DNA of 16,803 bases from positions 1 through 16,803 of the forward strand of contig LKMN01000017.1 in NCBI GenBank assembly GCA_001563875.1, in the 5' to 3' direction. Made by a program: the position numbers and the translations under genes. Source of the stretch: Nanohaloarchaea archaeon B1-Br10_U2g1. GTDB taxonomy: Archaea > Nanohalarchaeota > Nanosalinia > Nanosalinales > Nanosalinaceae. The notes below the pieces were generated by a model. That model saw only the letters and a list, made by a program, of their open reading frames with translations, made no database searches and was not told the origin of the DNA. Shown in pieces: positions 16,742-16,803 of this stretch; within the stretch, counting starts at the first letter, position 1, and the number at the start of each line of letters is the position of its first letter.

Positions 16742-16803
16742 ATGGCAGATAAACCACACATTAACTTGGTATTTATTGGACACGTAGACCACGGTAAATC
16801 TAC
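16742..16803 (+). CDS. tuf: Translation elongation factor aEF-1alpha (5' fragment, runs off window end)
   Basis: Manual translation [21 protein letters not shown]: P-loop GHVDHGKST of EF-1alpha, at the expected position after fusA. Confidence 0.95.
   Translation, partial: [20 protein letters not shown]

Noticed and set aside
1-16803. tRNA, rRNA, CRISPR array, IS element or prophage
   Set aside because: Intergenic gaps are short and AT-rich, with no cloverleaf, spaced direct repeats, terminal inverted repeats or transposase/integrase ORFs seen by eye. A covariance-model search was not possible.

Overview
Archaeal housekeeping region with a highly acidic proteome, GGTGA-type Shine-Dalgarno motifs, TATA-box promoters and moderate GC. 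This combination suggests an extreme halophile, most likely a DPANN nanohaloarchaeon (inference). The left 4.5 kb holds the 3' end of an MTH1-like NUDIX hydrolase, an AsnB-like amidotransferase fused to a diphthine-ammonia ligase (Dph6) domain, two hypothetical genes, and a divergent nucS/radC pair. The rest is the RNA polymerase/str supercluster: rpoH, rpoB'', rpoB', rpoA', rpoA'', nusA, rps12, rps7, fusA (aEF-2) and the start of tuf (aEF-1alpha). It lacks rpl30e and is interrupted by a Zn-ribbon membrane protein gene and a frameshifted antisense gene. The most notable observations are (1) the AsnB-Dph6 fusion in the same window as an aEF-2 that keeps the diphthamide His, (2) radical substitutions across several normally near-invariant RNA polymerase active-centre elements, (3) a 22-codon mini-ORF coupled between the two rpoB halves, and (4) a -1 frameshifted gene with an intact promoter between fusA and tuf. 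No tRNA, rRNA, CRISPR array or mobile element was seen.
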